IMG/VR virus record: IMGVR_UViG_3300020057_000029
Span: 91,224 to 155,223 of that record
From: a virus
Strand: one strand, 5' to 3'
DNA: 64,000 nt
Positions 18,730-28,522 of this stretch are shown in pieces. The notes beneath the pieces were generated by a model. That model searched no databases and was not told where the DNA came from. It worked only from the letters and a program-made list of their open reading frames with translations. A program made the position numbers and the translations under genes. Each line of letters starts with the position of its first letter. Positions within the stretch are counted from its first letter, which is position 1.

Positions 18730-19488
18730 ATGTTAGGAATAAGCAGTTCTGGTAGAGAACAGATCAATTCAGTTGTAGAGGATCATTTTGATACAATAGC
18801 TCTACATTTAATTGGTGACATTCCTCATCTCAAATACAAAAAACTACTTCTCATTAGCTCGACTAAAAATTACGGGCTTCCTAATCTATTTGTCCAGGCA
18901 ATGGCCAACAGAACTCCTAATCCTATTGAACAGGATGTTCTTAAGAATCTTCTTGTCACTGTGCATGGTTATATCGAAGCGCTCAAAGAAAAGACCAAGA
19001 ATAAAGTGGCTGAGCGTGTGGATGAAATTGTCAAGCGCTCTAAGATCAACAGAGAAAAGGCTCGCAAAGAAGACATTGAAGATGCTGTCCAAGAGGAGCT
19101 TAACAGTGCAAAAGCCCAGCTCAAAGCGATTGTGGAGTCCGAATCTACCAAGCTTCGCAATCTAGGCTCCCTAATGGACATCTCTCACGTAGCAGCATCT
19201 CGTGGTGAGAGTGACCCTTTAGTATTCTTTGTAATAGTAAGAGACGGTAAAACCTGCAAGGAATGTTTACGGCTTCATTTGAACCCAGATGGTAACCCTA
19301 GAGTTTGGAAGCTTTCTGAGCTCAAGCAGGGTTATCACAAACGTGGTGAAGACAACCCATCTGCTTTTGGAGCACATCCACATTGTCGTTGCACCCTGAC
19401 CTATATAACCCAAGGCTTTGGGTTCAAAGAGGGTAAAATTGCTTGGATCGGCGAAAAACATGATGAATTCAATAAGCAAAGAAAATAG
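18730..19488 (+). CDS. MuF/SPP1 gp7-like head morphogenesis protein
   Basis: RDGKTCKEC...HPHCRC. Confidence 0.8.
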   Translation: MLGISSSGREQINSVVEDHFDTIALHLIGDIPHLKYKKLLLISSTKNYGLPNLFVQAMANRTPNPIEQDVLKNLLVTVHGYIEALKEKTKNKVAERVDEIVKRSKINREKARKEDIEDAVQEELNSAKAQLKAIVESESTKLRNLGSLMDISHVAASRGESDPLVFFVIVRDGKTCKECLRLHLNPDGNPRVWKLSELKQGYHKRGEDNPSAFGAHPHCRCTLTYITQGFGFKEGKIAWIGEKHDEFNKQRK

Positions 19489-19776
19489 TTGGCCAATTAT
19501 CGTAGGACCGCACGTAACGGGATCATGATTGTGTTTGCGTTGAAAGCTGTACATACTTTCGCAAAAAGCTTACTTATCCGTTCTTTTACCGTGGGCAGCA
19601 ATCCCGCGATGCTCAATTCGTTAAATATCTCTCTTTTAAATCTGAATTAAAAAATCCCTAAAAATTTTTTGCGAACCATACAGTGTTTCGCAACATAGTC
19701 TAGCGGTTTTTAGCTCTCCACCAATAAATAGCCATTTCAGGGCAACTTGTAGGTTAAGTCTATAGTTATTGCCTTT

Positions 19777-20619
19777 TCATTTCTTTAGCCCAATTTCTTT
19801 CAGTCTTTGTTCTAGATATTCGCCTGCAGTATAGCGTTCTGACAAGCGTACTTCAGGCCTGGCGTGCATAAATAGTGGTGAAGAATACCTAGACTTGTTC
19901 GCTTCTTTGCCAGAAGGGTTTACCACTCTGTGTGTTGTAGATCTTAATTTACCAGCAGTAATTTCCTGTAACTGATCACCAACATTCACCACCACAGTGC
20001 CTGGGTCTATGTCCAACAGATGCCATTTGCCATCCAAGTCTTTGACTGCAAGGCCTGGAGCAGATGCTGCAGGTAGAATGGTGATCAGATTAATATCCTC
20101 ATGAGGAGCCGCTCTTACTGCACCTTTTTCTGCGTCAGAAGGCAGAGGTGGGTAATGTAGCACGCGAAAAAGGGTGTTTGGAGACTCCGTAATCATGCTG
20201 GGCAGCATCAGGTTCTTGCCGGTACGCATTAGGTGTTCTACGTTGATTTGGGAAAGAAGGGTGGAGCCTAGGAGCTCAAGATCTTCAGCCAAATACATTG
20301 TGGACTTGTCGATTCCATTTGGTACGTTCTTGTCGAAGCCTGGACCAAAAAGGTGATAGAATTCTTTCAAATCCTTCACGCTGTAGCCTTTAGCGTTCTC
20401 GCTCTTCATTGGGAAATAGCCAGAAGCCCCGCCATGCTCTGCTTTGAGATCGTGCTTCGTTTCACTGCCGAAAAATTTCTCCCACTGACCATACACTTCG
20501 CTTAAGCGTGAGCCTGAGATTCCATGATTGGTCAGAACGGCAAAGCCAGTCTGTTCGAGGGAGTTATAAAGCTCTTTACGGAAGGTAGGGCTTGCTTTGC
20601 TGATTTTAGCGACTTTCAT
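19777..20619 (-). CDS. 2-oxoglutarate/Fe(II) oxygenase, isopenicillin N synthase-like family
   Basis: GFAVLTNHG, RVLHYPP, HEDINLITIL, NVGDQL, STTHRV, RYS. Confidence 0.92.
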   Translation of the reverse strand: MKVAKISKASPTFRKELYNSLEQTGFAVLTNHGISGSRLSEVYGQWEKFFGSETKHDLKAEHGGASGYFPMKSENAKGYSVKDLKEFYHLFGPGFDKNVPNGIDKSTMYLAEDLELLGSTLLSQINVEHLMRTGKNLMLPSMITESPNTLFRVLHYPPLPSDAEKGAVRAAPHEDINLITILPAASAPGLAVKDLDGKWHLLDIDPGTVVVNVGDQLQEITAGKLRSTTHRVVNPSGKEANKSRYSSPLFMHARPEVRLSERYTAGEYLEQRLKEIGLKK

Positions 20620-20627
20620 ATTGCTCC

Positions 20628-21830
20628 TTATTCGTAATCACGGATTGCTTTAGCTACAGGAAATCTTGGGCGGCGATTGATTCCGAAGCCCTGGTACACT
20701 ACAGTCATCTGCTTACCTTGCCACAGTGAATGGTTTTCAAAACATTGTTTCAAAAAGCCAGTATCACCTTCTAGCTTAGCTTTAAAGTCCACACCTTCTT
20801 TGGTTAGGCAATTAAAAGCACCTACATGCCCATTGAGCTTGCCGCTGCCTTCTTCGATGCCAATGATCTTGAATTCGTCTTCATTGAATTCTTTGAGTTT
20901 TTGAAGATCCATGGAACGCTTTGGTACGTACAAAGCGTTCATGTTACGAATCATAGCTCCTTCGTAGCCTTGTTTACGCATAGTATAGAAGAATTCCAGA
21001 TCAGCTTCAACGCCGTCTGCCACTGTAAAAGTTTGTACAGGTACCAATGGAACCTGGAATGGGACTGTCGAGGCTAAAGTCGCAATGCGCTGGTTTGCTG
21101 GCTGATCGTTGATGATATCGTACACATGATAGTGAACCAACTTCGACTCTTCGCTAGGTTCATCTTTGCGAACAGCGCTTACGATTTTCTCGAAATCATT
21201 CTTGTACATGTGATTGTAAAGCTCGCCATCTAAAACAATGTCGCTTTTCACGTTAGCTTCGATTGTAGCAACGATATGAGGAACAGACTTGATAGGTTTA
21301 CGAGTACGCGACCACAGGGTACATTTGCCGTCCTTAACGATAGCAATGCAGCGAATACCGTCAAACTTTGGCTGCATGAGAGCAGGAAACTTGATCTTTT
21401 TCGACTCTTTAGTGCGAGTGATAATTGGAGGATCGTTTTCATGACCTGGGCGCATGTCATATAAAACATCCAGATAGCTTTGGGCCAACATAGGAAGAGC
21501 GCCACCTTCAATAAGCTCATCTAGTTCGCCAGCCTGAGCTGCTTCCAAGGATTCAACGTAGCCTTTTTTGCGTTGTTTTTCATGTTTTGCTTGAGCTTCA
21601 GCTTCAGCTTGCTGTACAGCAGTGGTTTCATTCTTTTTACCTATATTTTTACCCTCTTTTACATAATCTACAGTTTTCTGTGGACTGTCAGTATTCAGTT
21701 GGCCATATTCAGTTAAAATTTCACCTACAGAGTCTTTATTTCTATCGTGCCATTCCTCTGTCACCTTGATCTTCCAGTACTGAATCGCACCAGTGTTTGT
21801 TTTCTTATAAAGAGTGGTAAAAGTTTTCAT
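20628..21830 (-). CDS. ATP-dependent DNA ligase with WGR-like N-domain
   Basis: QPKFDGIRC, LDGELY, YDI, GYEGAMIR, LQKLK, PRFP. Confidence 0.92.
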   Translation of the reverse strand: MKTFTTLYKKTNTGAIQYWKIKVTEEWHDRNKDSVGEILTEYGQLNTDSPQKTVDYVKEGKNIGKKNETTAVQQAEAEAQAKHEKQRKKGYVESLEAAQAGELDELIEGGALPMLAQSYLDVLYDMRPGHENDPPIITRTKESKKIKFPALMQPKFDGIRCIAIVKDGKCTLWSRTRKPIKSVPHIVATIEANVKSDIVLDGELYNHMYKNDFEKIVSAVRKDEPSEESKLVHYHVYDIINDQPANQRIATLASTVPFQVPLVPVQTFTVADGVEADLEFFYTMRKQGYEGAMIRNMNALYVPKRSMDLQKLKEFNEDEFKIIGIEEGSGKLNGHVGAFNCLTKEGVDFKAKLEGDTGFLKQCFENHSLWQGKQMTVVYQGFGINRRPRFPVAKAIRDYE

Positions 21831-22462
21831 TTCTTGCTTCTATCCCTTTGTGTTTTCTTATAATGATCTTCTTTCCATAATGGCTGAATATTTGTAAAAT
21901 TGCAAGCTATTTTCAAATCTTCTTCTTTTGTCAAATCAAAATTCAATAATGCTATTCTATGGTCTAGCTCCCATTCTTTTCCGTAGTTATCCCAGGTCAT
22001 CTCTGGTTGAAACTGATTGTAAATATAATTCTTGAATTCTTCTATTGAGCACCCTAGATATTTAATACCAACACCGGTCTTGTAATTACCCCTCATAGCC
22101 ATTTTAAACCTAGACCTAACTCGTGTTTTAAGCAAAAAACCAATATCAGTCCTGATTCTTATAGCGTCTCTGGCTACTTGATTTTTTATAATTTCTCTCT
22201 TATTTTTTTCATAATAATCTTTTCTTATCAATAGGATAGACTCTTTATTAGTCTGATAATACTTTTTAGCATTTTCCAGTATTTCTTTTTTCTTATTTTT
22301 GTAGCGTAAGCGAGCATTACTTCTCTTTTTCTCAGGGTTTTGAGAAGCCAATATCAAGTTTTTGTTTTTGACATACCTATCTGATGCATAGCACTTGGTA
22401 CATTTAGGACCGGAGTACCATTTTGGGGCTTCTGTGACTTTGCAAATTATACATTGTTTCAT
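21827..22462 (-). CDS. HNH endonuclease
   Basis: CxxC...CxxC; MTWDNYGKEWELDHRI...NFTNIQPLW; start re-called to MKQC at 22462. Confidence 0.8.
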   Translation of the reverse strand: MKQCIICKVTEAPKWYSGPKCTKCYASDRYVKNKNLILASQNPEKKRSNARLRYKNKKKEILENAKKYYQTNKESILLIRKDYYEKNKREIIKNQVARDAIRIRTDIGFLLKTRVRSRFKMAMRGNYKTGVGIKYLGCSIEEFKNYIYNQFQPEMTWDNYGKEWELDHRIALLNFDLTKEEDLKIACNFTNIQPLWKEDHYKKTQRDRSKK

Positions 22463-22514
22463 ACAGTATAGATTACCATTCTTCTGCTTTTCCCTCAATA
22501 TAAAAAGCAAAAAG

Positions 22515-22838
22515 TCAATCTCTAGGTTTGTACATTCTACAGAAAAACATGTGAAGATCAGGTGCGCTTGTATGTTTAGCTCCACATTGGCATCCGTAGA
22601 AGCTGTTGTTATTCAGTAGAACGTCCAAGTCAACCGGGCTTTCCCATGGAAAAGCTGATCCTTTACCCTGTTCTACGAAGTGAACCTCGTAATTAATCAT
22701 GTATTCGTCACTTTTTTCATAGGCCATCTGTTTGTAAACGCGGTTAAGCATACGAATTAACTTGGGAAATTCCCGAATGGTTTTTGGCCATTCAACTAGG
22801 CTTTCCCCTGCATGTTGGAAAATAAGGCGAATTCTCAT
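22515..22838 (-). CDS. hypothetical protein with CxCG...H..C motif
   Basis: ORF track. Confidence 0.6.
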   Translation of the reverse strand: MRIRLIFQHAGESLVEWPKTIREFPKLIRMLNRVYKQMAYEKSDEYMINYEVHFVEQGKGSAFPWESPVDLDVLLNNNSFYGCQCGAKHTSAPDLHMFFCRMYKPRD

Positions 22839-22842
22839 AGCG

Positions 22843-22850
22843 TAATCTTA
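22843..22850 (+). promoter_or_regulatory. late promoter box
   Basis: TAATCTTA upstream of the M15 peptidase. Confidence 0.6.
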
Positions 22851-22888
22851 ATTGTATACGATATAGATAGTATATACAAGAGGGCCTT

Positions 22889-23518
22889 ATGAAAATAGAC
22901 CAGAAAATGATTGAAAAAGCTATTGAAGCGGTATTGAAGTTTTTCAACAAAGAGATTGCTAAGCCAGTACAGCCAATCGTAGCGACCCCAGTTCCAAAGG
23001 TTGAAGTGGTAAGCGTGACACTTGATGATCTGGGTCCACTTTTGCACCAAGTTGACTGGGCTAATCCGCAATCTAAGATTTCTAAGTATTTTACCGTAAA
23101 CGAGGCTATCCAGTTACGTGAATGGAAGCGTTTGGCCAATGAATCAGATGGTTTAGACGACAAGGTTAAAGAGAATCTATACAGTATTTTTCAAAAGATG
23201 GATACAATCCGCGAATTCCTAGGAAAACCTGTGTACATTCGTTCCGCTTATCGCCCAGGTGAATACAACGTAGCAATTGGTGGGGCTAAACGCTCTGCTC
23301 ATATTGCTGATGCTGAATATGCTGCGGTTGACTTCTGGTGCGATATGGATAGTGATGGCGACAAGGATGGTGAGGATTGTGATCTCATCAAGGTAGCCCT
23401 AATGAACAAGCTTGAGGGATGGGGTCTTCGTATGGAGGATAACGGCAAAGGTGCTAGATGGGTTCATCTAGACAACAAACCTGTGCCTCCAGGTGGCAAC
23501 AGATTTTTTAAACCTTAA
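22889..23518 (+). CDS. peptidase M15A-family Zn peptidase (candidate endolysin)
   Basis: SAYRP..YNVAIGGAKRSAH, AVDF, WVHLD. Confidence 0.85.
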   Translation: MKIDQKMIEKAIEAVLKFFNKEIAKPVQPIVATPVPKVEVVSVTLDDLGPLLHQVDWANPQSKISKYFTVNEAIQLREWKRLANESDGLDDKVKENLYSIFQKMDTIREFLGKPVYIRSAYRPGEYNVAIGGAKRSAHIADAEYAAVDFWCDMDSDGDKDGEDCDLIKVALMNKLEGWGLRMEDNGKGARWVHLDNKPVPPGGNRFFKP

Positions 23519-23542
23519 GCGATTGTAAAGAATAAGACCCAA

Positions 23543-25561
23543 TTATTTTTTTTCAGACTTTTCCATGGTTTTAGGCCTATCGAACTCTTTTAGTTCGTGA
23601 ACGTGTCTTGGGTGTAATACGGCATCATCGTGTTCATTAATACCAAACTTAACATGTTTTCCAGAAAGGATTTTTCCATGTTGTTTGTTTGGCAAATGAT
23701 GCATTTCGCCGGTTGGTTTTTTGGCAAAATATTCACCACCACGAGAGATCACCTTGCCCGTATGAGGGTGCTCGGAATCGATTTTTTCAGACTTTTCCAT
23801 GGTTTTAGGCTTTTTGTAACATTCCTTATCTTCGCCAGTCATCATTGCATCAGAAAATTTCTTGAGCTCTTTTTCGGCTTCAACGCTTTTTTTCAAAATC
23901 ATAGTTTTGCCAAAAGAGTCTATTTCGCTTTTGGTCATGTTGGGCATTCGCTTCTTCATAAATTCTTGAAACTGTTCACGCTTGTCCCATTTAGAATATT
24001 CTTCTTCTGCGCGAATTAACCACTCGGACTTTGTTAGGTTGGGCTTCATTTGTCTGATGCGCTTCAAATTCTTATGAGCAATTTCTTTGGCTGTATAAAC
24101 GGTCTCGGAAGCAGCGCCATGACGAACCTTCTGGCCCATGTGGGACATTCCCATGCCAGCTTTTAGGCCAGGGCTCATTTTATTACCAGCTACCTTGTCG
24201 GATAGAGGTTTGTTAACATTATCCGTTTTCTTCATACTGCCCTTGCCGAACGGCGAACCGATTGCAGCATTAATTGTCGAAGTGCCGTTCGAGGTAGCGG
24301 TATTGCCTAGGCTCTGAGGAGGAGGAGGAGGCGGTGGTGGTGGCGCATCTACTTTGTGCATTTTTTTGTCGAGATGCTCTTTGGCGAGCGCAGCGCCGTC
24401 TGTTAACGCACCAGGCGAGCTCATTCCAGAACCTGCGGTCATCGCTTTTTCCATCTTTTGTTCGCCAGAATCATTTTTTGGCTGTTTTTGCACATTAGCA
24501 GATGGGTTCATTGCTTTACCCAATAGCTTTTTGCGCTTATCAGCCATTCCGGCCTCAAAACGATCATCTTTACGAGCAGATGTATGAGCGGCTTGTAAGT
24601 GAAGCTTCATGCGGTCAAGATGATGAGCTCCAGCTTTATGATCTTTGGTACCCTGAGAATGCTCAAAATGCATTTTAGCAGCTTCTTCATGATCTTTGGT
24701 AGAAAAACCACGATATTCGTGGATGCGCTGATGACTCATCACGTCTTTGCCTGAGCTAGTGCGACCCATGGTGTGACCAGGATCTCTAAAAGGTGTTTTG
24801 CCAAAGGTCTTTGCGCTGGCCTTTGGGGTGCCAATTGAAGCATTGGGTTTCTCGATACCTGCAGCAGATTTGTCAACTGAAGCTGGAGCTTGTGATGTCA
24901 TTTCTTTTTTCATGGGGGTGATTCCTAGCTTATTAGCATGATGATTCGGGTCTTCTGCCTTTTTTACATCGGCGAAAACATCGGACTTAAGAAGTTCAAT
25001 TTCTGCGTAAGGTACTGTTTTAAAAGACTGTTCTGATTTAAAAAAATCGGCGATATTATCGACTTTTTTAGTTTTTTCGGGCATTTCGGGCATTTTTTCA
25101 GCTATAGCCATTTTGTTACAATGGGACTCTGTTATGGTACATTTACGAGCAATAGATCTTGTAATTGTCATACCTTTTTTATCAAGCTTTGCGCCTTCAA
25201 TAGAGAAACCAACTACATTGTGTTCGTTAATACCTCTTTTCTCAGCATCGTATTGAAAAAGACCGGCTACGTGCAGACCAGACTCTGTATGGGTAAAGAG
25301 CTCACCCATAACGTAAACGTAGGGAACCTTGCATTTGTTCCAAAAATAGCGGTGTCTTTCGTTATCACAGTCTTCTAACTTAAAGATTTTCTTAGCTTTT
25401 AAGATCTTTCCAATAATTTGCATTGGGTAGTCTTTTTTATGCTCCCAATTGAAATTTCCGGTTTTGTCTAACGAGGAGATATCCATTCCTGCTACGGAAA
25501 TGATTTCGCCAGAAGAGTCTATGTTTTCAGAAGCTGCTATTCCGTCAATTAGGGTGGACAT
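23543..25561 (-). CDS. prohead (capsid maturation) protease with long low-complexity C-terminal extension
   Basis: IDGIAASENIDSSGEII, NWEH, GFSIEG; extension carries many [LMF]xK[SA] motifs and a poly-Pro tract. Confidence 0.82.
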   Translation of the reverse strand: MSTLIDGIAASENIDSSGEIISVAGMDISSLDKTGNFNWEHKKDYPMQIIGKILKAKKIFKLEDCDNERHRYFWNKCKVPYVYVMGELFTHTESGLHVAGLFQYDAEKRGINEHNVVGFSIEGAKLDKKGMTITRSIARKCTITESHCNKMAIAEKMPEMPEKTKKVDNIADFFKSEQSFKTVPYAEIELLKSDVFADVKKAEDPNHHANKLGITPMKKEMTSQAPASVDKSAAGIEKPNASIGTPKASAKTFGKTPFRDPGHTMGRTSSGKDVMSHQRIHEYRGFSTKDHEEAAKMHFEHSQGTKDHKAGAHHLDRMKLHLQAAHTSARKDDRFEAGMADKRKKLLGKAMNPSANVQKQPKNDSGEQKMEKAMTAGSGMSSPGALTDGAALAKEHLDKKMHKVDAPPPPPPPPPQSLGNTATSNGTSTINAAIGSPFGKGSMKKTDNVNKPLSDKVAGNKMSPGLKAGMGMSHMGQKVRHGAASETVYTAKEIAHKNLKRIRQMKPNLTKSEWLIRAEEEYSKWDKREQFQEFMKKRMPNMTKSEIDSFGKTMILKKSVEAEKELKKFSDAMMTGEDKECYKKPKTMEKSEKIDSEHPHTGKVISRGGEYFAKKPTGEMHHLPNKQHGKILSGKHVKFGINEHDDAVLHPRHVHELKEFDRPKTMEKSEKK

Positions 25562-25566
25562 ATGAT

Positions 25567-25574
25567 TAAGATTA
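25567..25574 (-). promoter_or_regulatory. late promoter box (leaderless protease mRNA)
   Basis: TAATCTTA on the minus strand 5 nt before the ATG. Confidence 0.65.
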
Positions 25575-25735
25575 CCTTAGACATGTCTTATCATGGATAT
25601 CATTAGTTTATTTCAATTGATTTGGCAAGATTTTTCAATTCAACTGCTCGATTTTATACAGTAAAAGTGTTCCGTCTTAATCCTTTTTGTATACAATGAG
25701 TTATCTCATTCCACAAACCCTTAAAGGAGAATAAT

Positions 25736-26194
25736 ATGAAATCGACCAGTAAAGCAGAAGCTCTATTGCGCGACGTAGCTGATCATCTCAGAAAACGTTA
25801 CGCTGGTAGTGCAAGCATTGACACTGTTCGTGAAGCCCGTGATTCCAATGGCTGGCCCATGCTGTTTCTTTCCGATGCCGGAAATGAAGCTGCTGGACAA
25901 CCTGTGATCGCCCTTCGCATTAAAGCAGTTGACGCAGTTTCTAAAGATGTGTTCGGCAACGACCTGATCGCATTTGCCCCTCACAGTCTAGAGATCGCCT
26001 ATGAATTGGATGGTACTGAACCAGAAGCAAGTCAAGCGGATCTTCTAAAAGCCCAATTTGAAGCCATTAAAACCGGTGTAAAAATTCAACAAAAGGCAAT
26101 CGCAGATGGTACCGCAGTAACCGCAGCTAATATGGACGCTGCTGCAGTAGCAGTTGAGATCGAAGATCTTTATTGGCCAACCAAAGGCGTTTAA
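25736..26194 (+). CDS. putative head protein
   Basis: Strong AAGGAG RBS; first gene of the capsid operon; variant box TAATCCTT at 25678. Confidence 0.75.
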   Translation: MKSTSKAEALLRDVADHLRKRYAGSASIDTVREARDSNGWPMLFLSDAGNEAAGQPVIALRIKAVDAVSKDVFGNDLIAFAPHSLEIAYELDGTEPEASQADLLKAQFEAIKTGVKIQQKAIADGTAVTAANMDAAAVAVEIEDLYWPTKGV

Positions 26195-26217
26195 TCGCTT
26201 AATACGGAGGCTAATAT

Positions 26218-26946
26218 ATGTATACAGAACAAGATCTTTCAAAAATGTTAGCGGAAGTGGAAAAAGAATTTGCTGGTGCTCTTGCTAAAGCTGAAGAAGA
26301 AAAATCTTCTCTAGCTAAGTCAGAAACTGCAAATGCCGATGCCGCTACCGAAGAGACTGCCAAAGTTGAAGAGAAATCTGCAACGGCGGAAATCGCTCTC
26401 GCTAAAAACGAAGACGAAGACGAAGATAAAGACGATTGCGATTACGACGACGAGGATCATGAAGAAATAGAGAAAATCTATAAGTCCATGTCCAAATCTG
26501 AACGTAAAGCACACTTGAATGCGCTCGGGAAATGTGGAGAAATGTCAATGAAAAAGTCCGAAAAAGACACTTTAGTTGAAATTGAAACCCCTATTGCTGA
26601 CGCTGGTAAAGAAATCGAACTTCTTAAGTCCGAATTTTCGACTAAACTTGCCGCTTCTGAAGCAAAAAGCGAAGAGTTAAAAAAGAATCTAGATGCCGTG
26701 TCAGAATTTTTGACCAGATTGGTTAAGAAAACTGCACCCCAAGGTAAGGGTATCACTAATCTCGACAGTATCGCCAAAAGCGATGTTGGCGCTGATGAAG
26801 AGAAGCCTTTGTCGAAGAGTGAAATTAGCACTCGTCTAGCTAAAAAAGCCGCTGAACCTACTTTGGCCAAGTCGGATAGAGAGGCTATCAATGCTTTCTA
26901 CCTACAAGGCGCAAATATTAACACTGTAAACCACTTACTCAAGTAA
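26218..26946 (+). CDS. capsid scaffolding protein
   Basis: Acidic coiled coil directly before the capsid gene, with about ten LxK[SAN] motifs. Confidence 0.7.
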   Translation: MYTEQDLSKMLAEVEKEFAGALAKAEEEKSSLAKSETANADAATEETAKVEEKSATAEIALAKNEDEDEDKDDCDYDDEDHEEIEKIYKSMSKSERKAHLNALGKCGEMSMKKSEKDTLVEIETPIADAGKEIELLKSEFSTKLAASEAKSEELKKNLDAVSEFLTRLVKKTAPQGKGITNLDSIAKSDVGADEEKPLSKSEISTRLAKKAAEPTLAKSDREAINAFYLQGANINTVNHLLK

Positions 26947-26977
26947 TTGGTAAAAAGACTTAAATAAGGAGAATAAA

Positions 26978-28363
26978 ATGATCGAACAACTTCAGTCACT
27001 TATGAAAGCTCTTGAGGCCGGTAGTTACAACGCCGCCCCAGGTCAGCTTGCGCAAGGTGCTGCTTTAATGGTGGAAGACCTTTCCCCAGTAATGCAAAAC
27101 GTAACGTTTGACGACAGCCATATCAAACTTCAAAAAATGCTAACTAGCAAAGATGTAAAAGCTACAATGCATCAATTCAACCGTCAACTTGACTATGGAA
27201 TCTTCGGTGGTTCTGCTCAATTTGAAGGCGGCATTGGTGAAGAAGATACCTCGAACTACGTTCGTGCTATCGTTCCCATGGCCTATTACAGCACGACTCG
27301 TCGTGTTTCTGTTGCTGCTAACCTCATCGGTGCTTTCGACGGCGTAAAAGCTGAAGACCGTGCTGCTGCTGACGCTGCAATGAAACTTGCTGGCGATATC
27401 GAATTCGACTGCTTCCGTGGTCAATCCGATTTCTCAAACGCTGGTGTGTTTGACGGTAACCCTCTCGCTGTAGCGAAAGTGCCCAATATGATTGGACTTG
27501 ACCAACAAGTTCGTCAGTCGGACGCTCAACAAAATACGCAAGATCTTATGTTTGCTGAGTACGGCTCAGACCAAACTGTAGTACTCTCTGCTGGTGGCGC
27601 TCTAACCCAGTCCATCATCGAAGATTCCGCAGTTCGTAGCTCTATGAACATGGGTAATGCTGATAAGCTCGTTCTCGATCCTATCAGTCTCTCTGCATAT
27701 AACAAGATCGCCCACGCTAAAGAACGTATCATGCTCGCTGGCTCTGCTCAAGAAGCTTCCGGCGCTCACTTACGTACTCAGTGGACCTCTTCGGCTATCG
27801 TATCACTTGAAGCTTCGCGCTTCTTGAGTGGTAAGACTCGTCCTGCTCGCGCTCGCGCATCAGCTCTCGCTGGTCCCGCTATCGCTGCTGCTGACGCTGG
27901 TGCCGCTGGTTCGCTCTTGGCCGCTGCTGCATACGTATACTATGCTACTGCTGTTAATGAACGTGGCGAAAGTACTCCTGGTGCATCTAGTTCTGTAACC
28001 CCTGCTCTTGCTGGTAACAAGGTCAATGTGACCATTACTGCAGTAGCTGGAGCTAAGTACTACAACTTGTATCGATCTGCCGCTGGTGGAAATGCAGCTT
28101 CTGCAAAATTCATTGGCAAGATTGCACAAGGTTCTGGCAACCCTGTATTCGCGGATCTTGGTAACCGTTCCCCTGGTTCTGTTACTGGTTTCTTGATTCA
28201 AGGTAACACCATGGGTCTTGCTCAGTTGGCTCCATATAGCAAATTGAAATTGGCTGTTAGTGACCTCTCACTTCCTGAGGCACACTTCAGATTCCTTTCT
28301 CTTGCTGTATACCAACCTCGCAAAAACGTTCTGATCGAGAACATTGATGGTCAACTTAGCTAA
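26978..28363 (+). CDS. major capsid protein
   Basis: LMK|AL propeptide site, GAALMVEDL, IEFDCFRG; Twort/SPO1-type layout with Ig/Fn3-like insertion; strong RBS and terminator. Confidence 0.9.
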   Translation: MIEQLQSLMKALEAGSYNAAPGQLAQGAALMVEDLSPVMQNVTFDDSHIKLQKMLTSKDVKATMHQFNRQLDYGIFGGSAQFEGGIGEEDTSNYVRAIVPMAYYSTTRRVSVAANLIGAFDGVKAEDRAAADAAMKLAGDIEFDCFRGQSDFSNAGVFDGNPLAVAKVPNMIGLDQQVRQSDAQQNTQDLMFAEYGSDQTVVLSAGGALTQSIIEDSAVRSSMNMGNADKLVLDPISLSAYNKIAHAKERIMLAGSAQEASGAHLRTQWTSSAIVSLEASRFLSGKTRPARARASALAGPAIAAADAGAAGSLLAAAAYVYYATAVNERGESTPGASSSVTPALAGNKVNVTITAVAGAKYYNLYRSAAGGNAASAKFIGKIAQGSGNPVFADLGNRSPGSVTGFLIQGNTMGLAQLAPYSKLKLAVSDLSLPEAHFRFLSLAVYQPRKNVLIENIDGQLS

Positions 28364-28389
28364 TCAATAGCAATATTAGTTAGTTACGC

Positions 28390-28438
28390 AAAAAAAGAAA
28401 AGCCACTTGTTTAATTACAGGTGGCTTTTTCTTTTTTT
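28390..28438 (+). terminator. rho-independent terminator (probably bidirectional)
   Basis: AAAAGCCACTTGT-loop-ACAGGTGGCTTTT with A and T tracts. Confidence 0.85.
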
Positions 28439-28487
28439 ATTTATGCTAATCTATCTTCTTGCGATTATCTGTTTTTGCTTTTTCATA

Positions 28488-28516
28488 TTGCTTTCTGTAT
28501 CTATTCATAGTACAAT
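28488..28516 (+). promoter_or_regulatory. sigma70-type promoter, leaderless endonuclease mRNA
   Basis: TTGCTT-N17-TACAAT, ATG begins 7 nt downstream. Confidence 0.65.
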
Positions 28517-28522
28517 ACGTAT

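Noticed and set aside
25611-25640. Third sigma54 promoter (TGGCAAGATTTTTCA) before the capsid operon
   Set aside because: No GC at -12 and no shared upstream box
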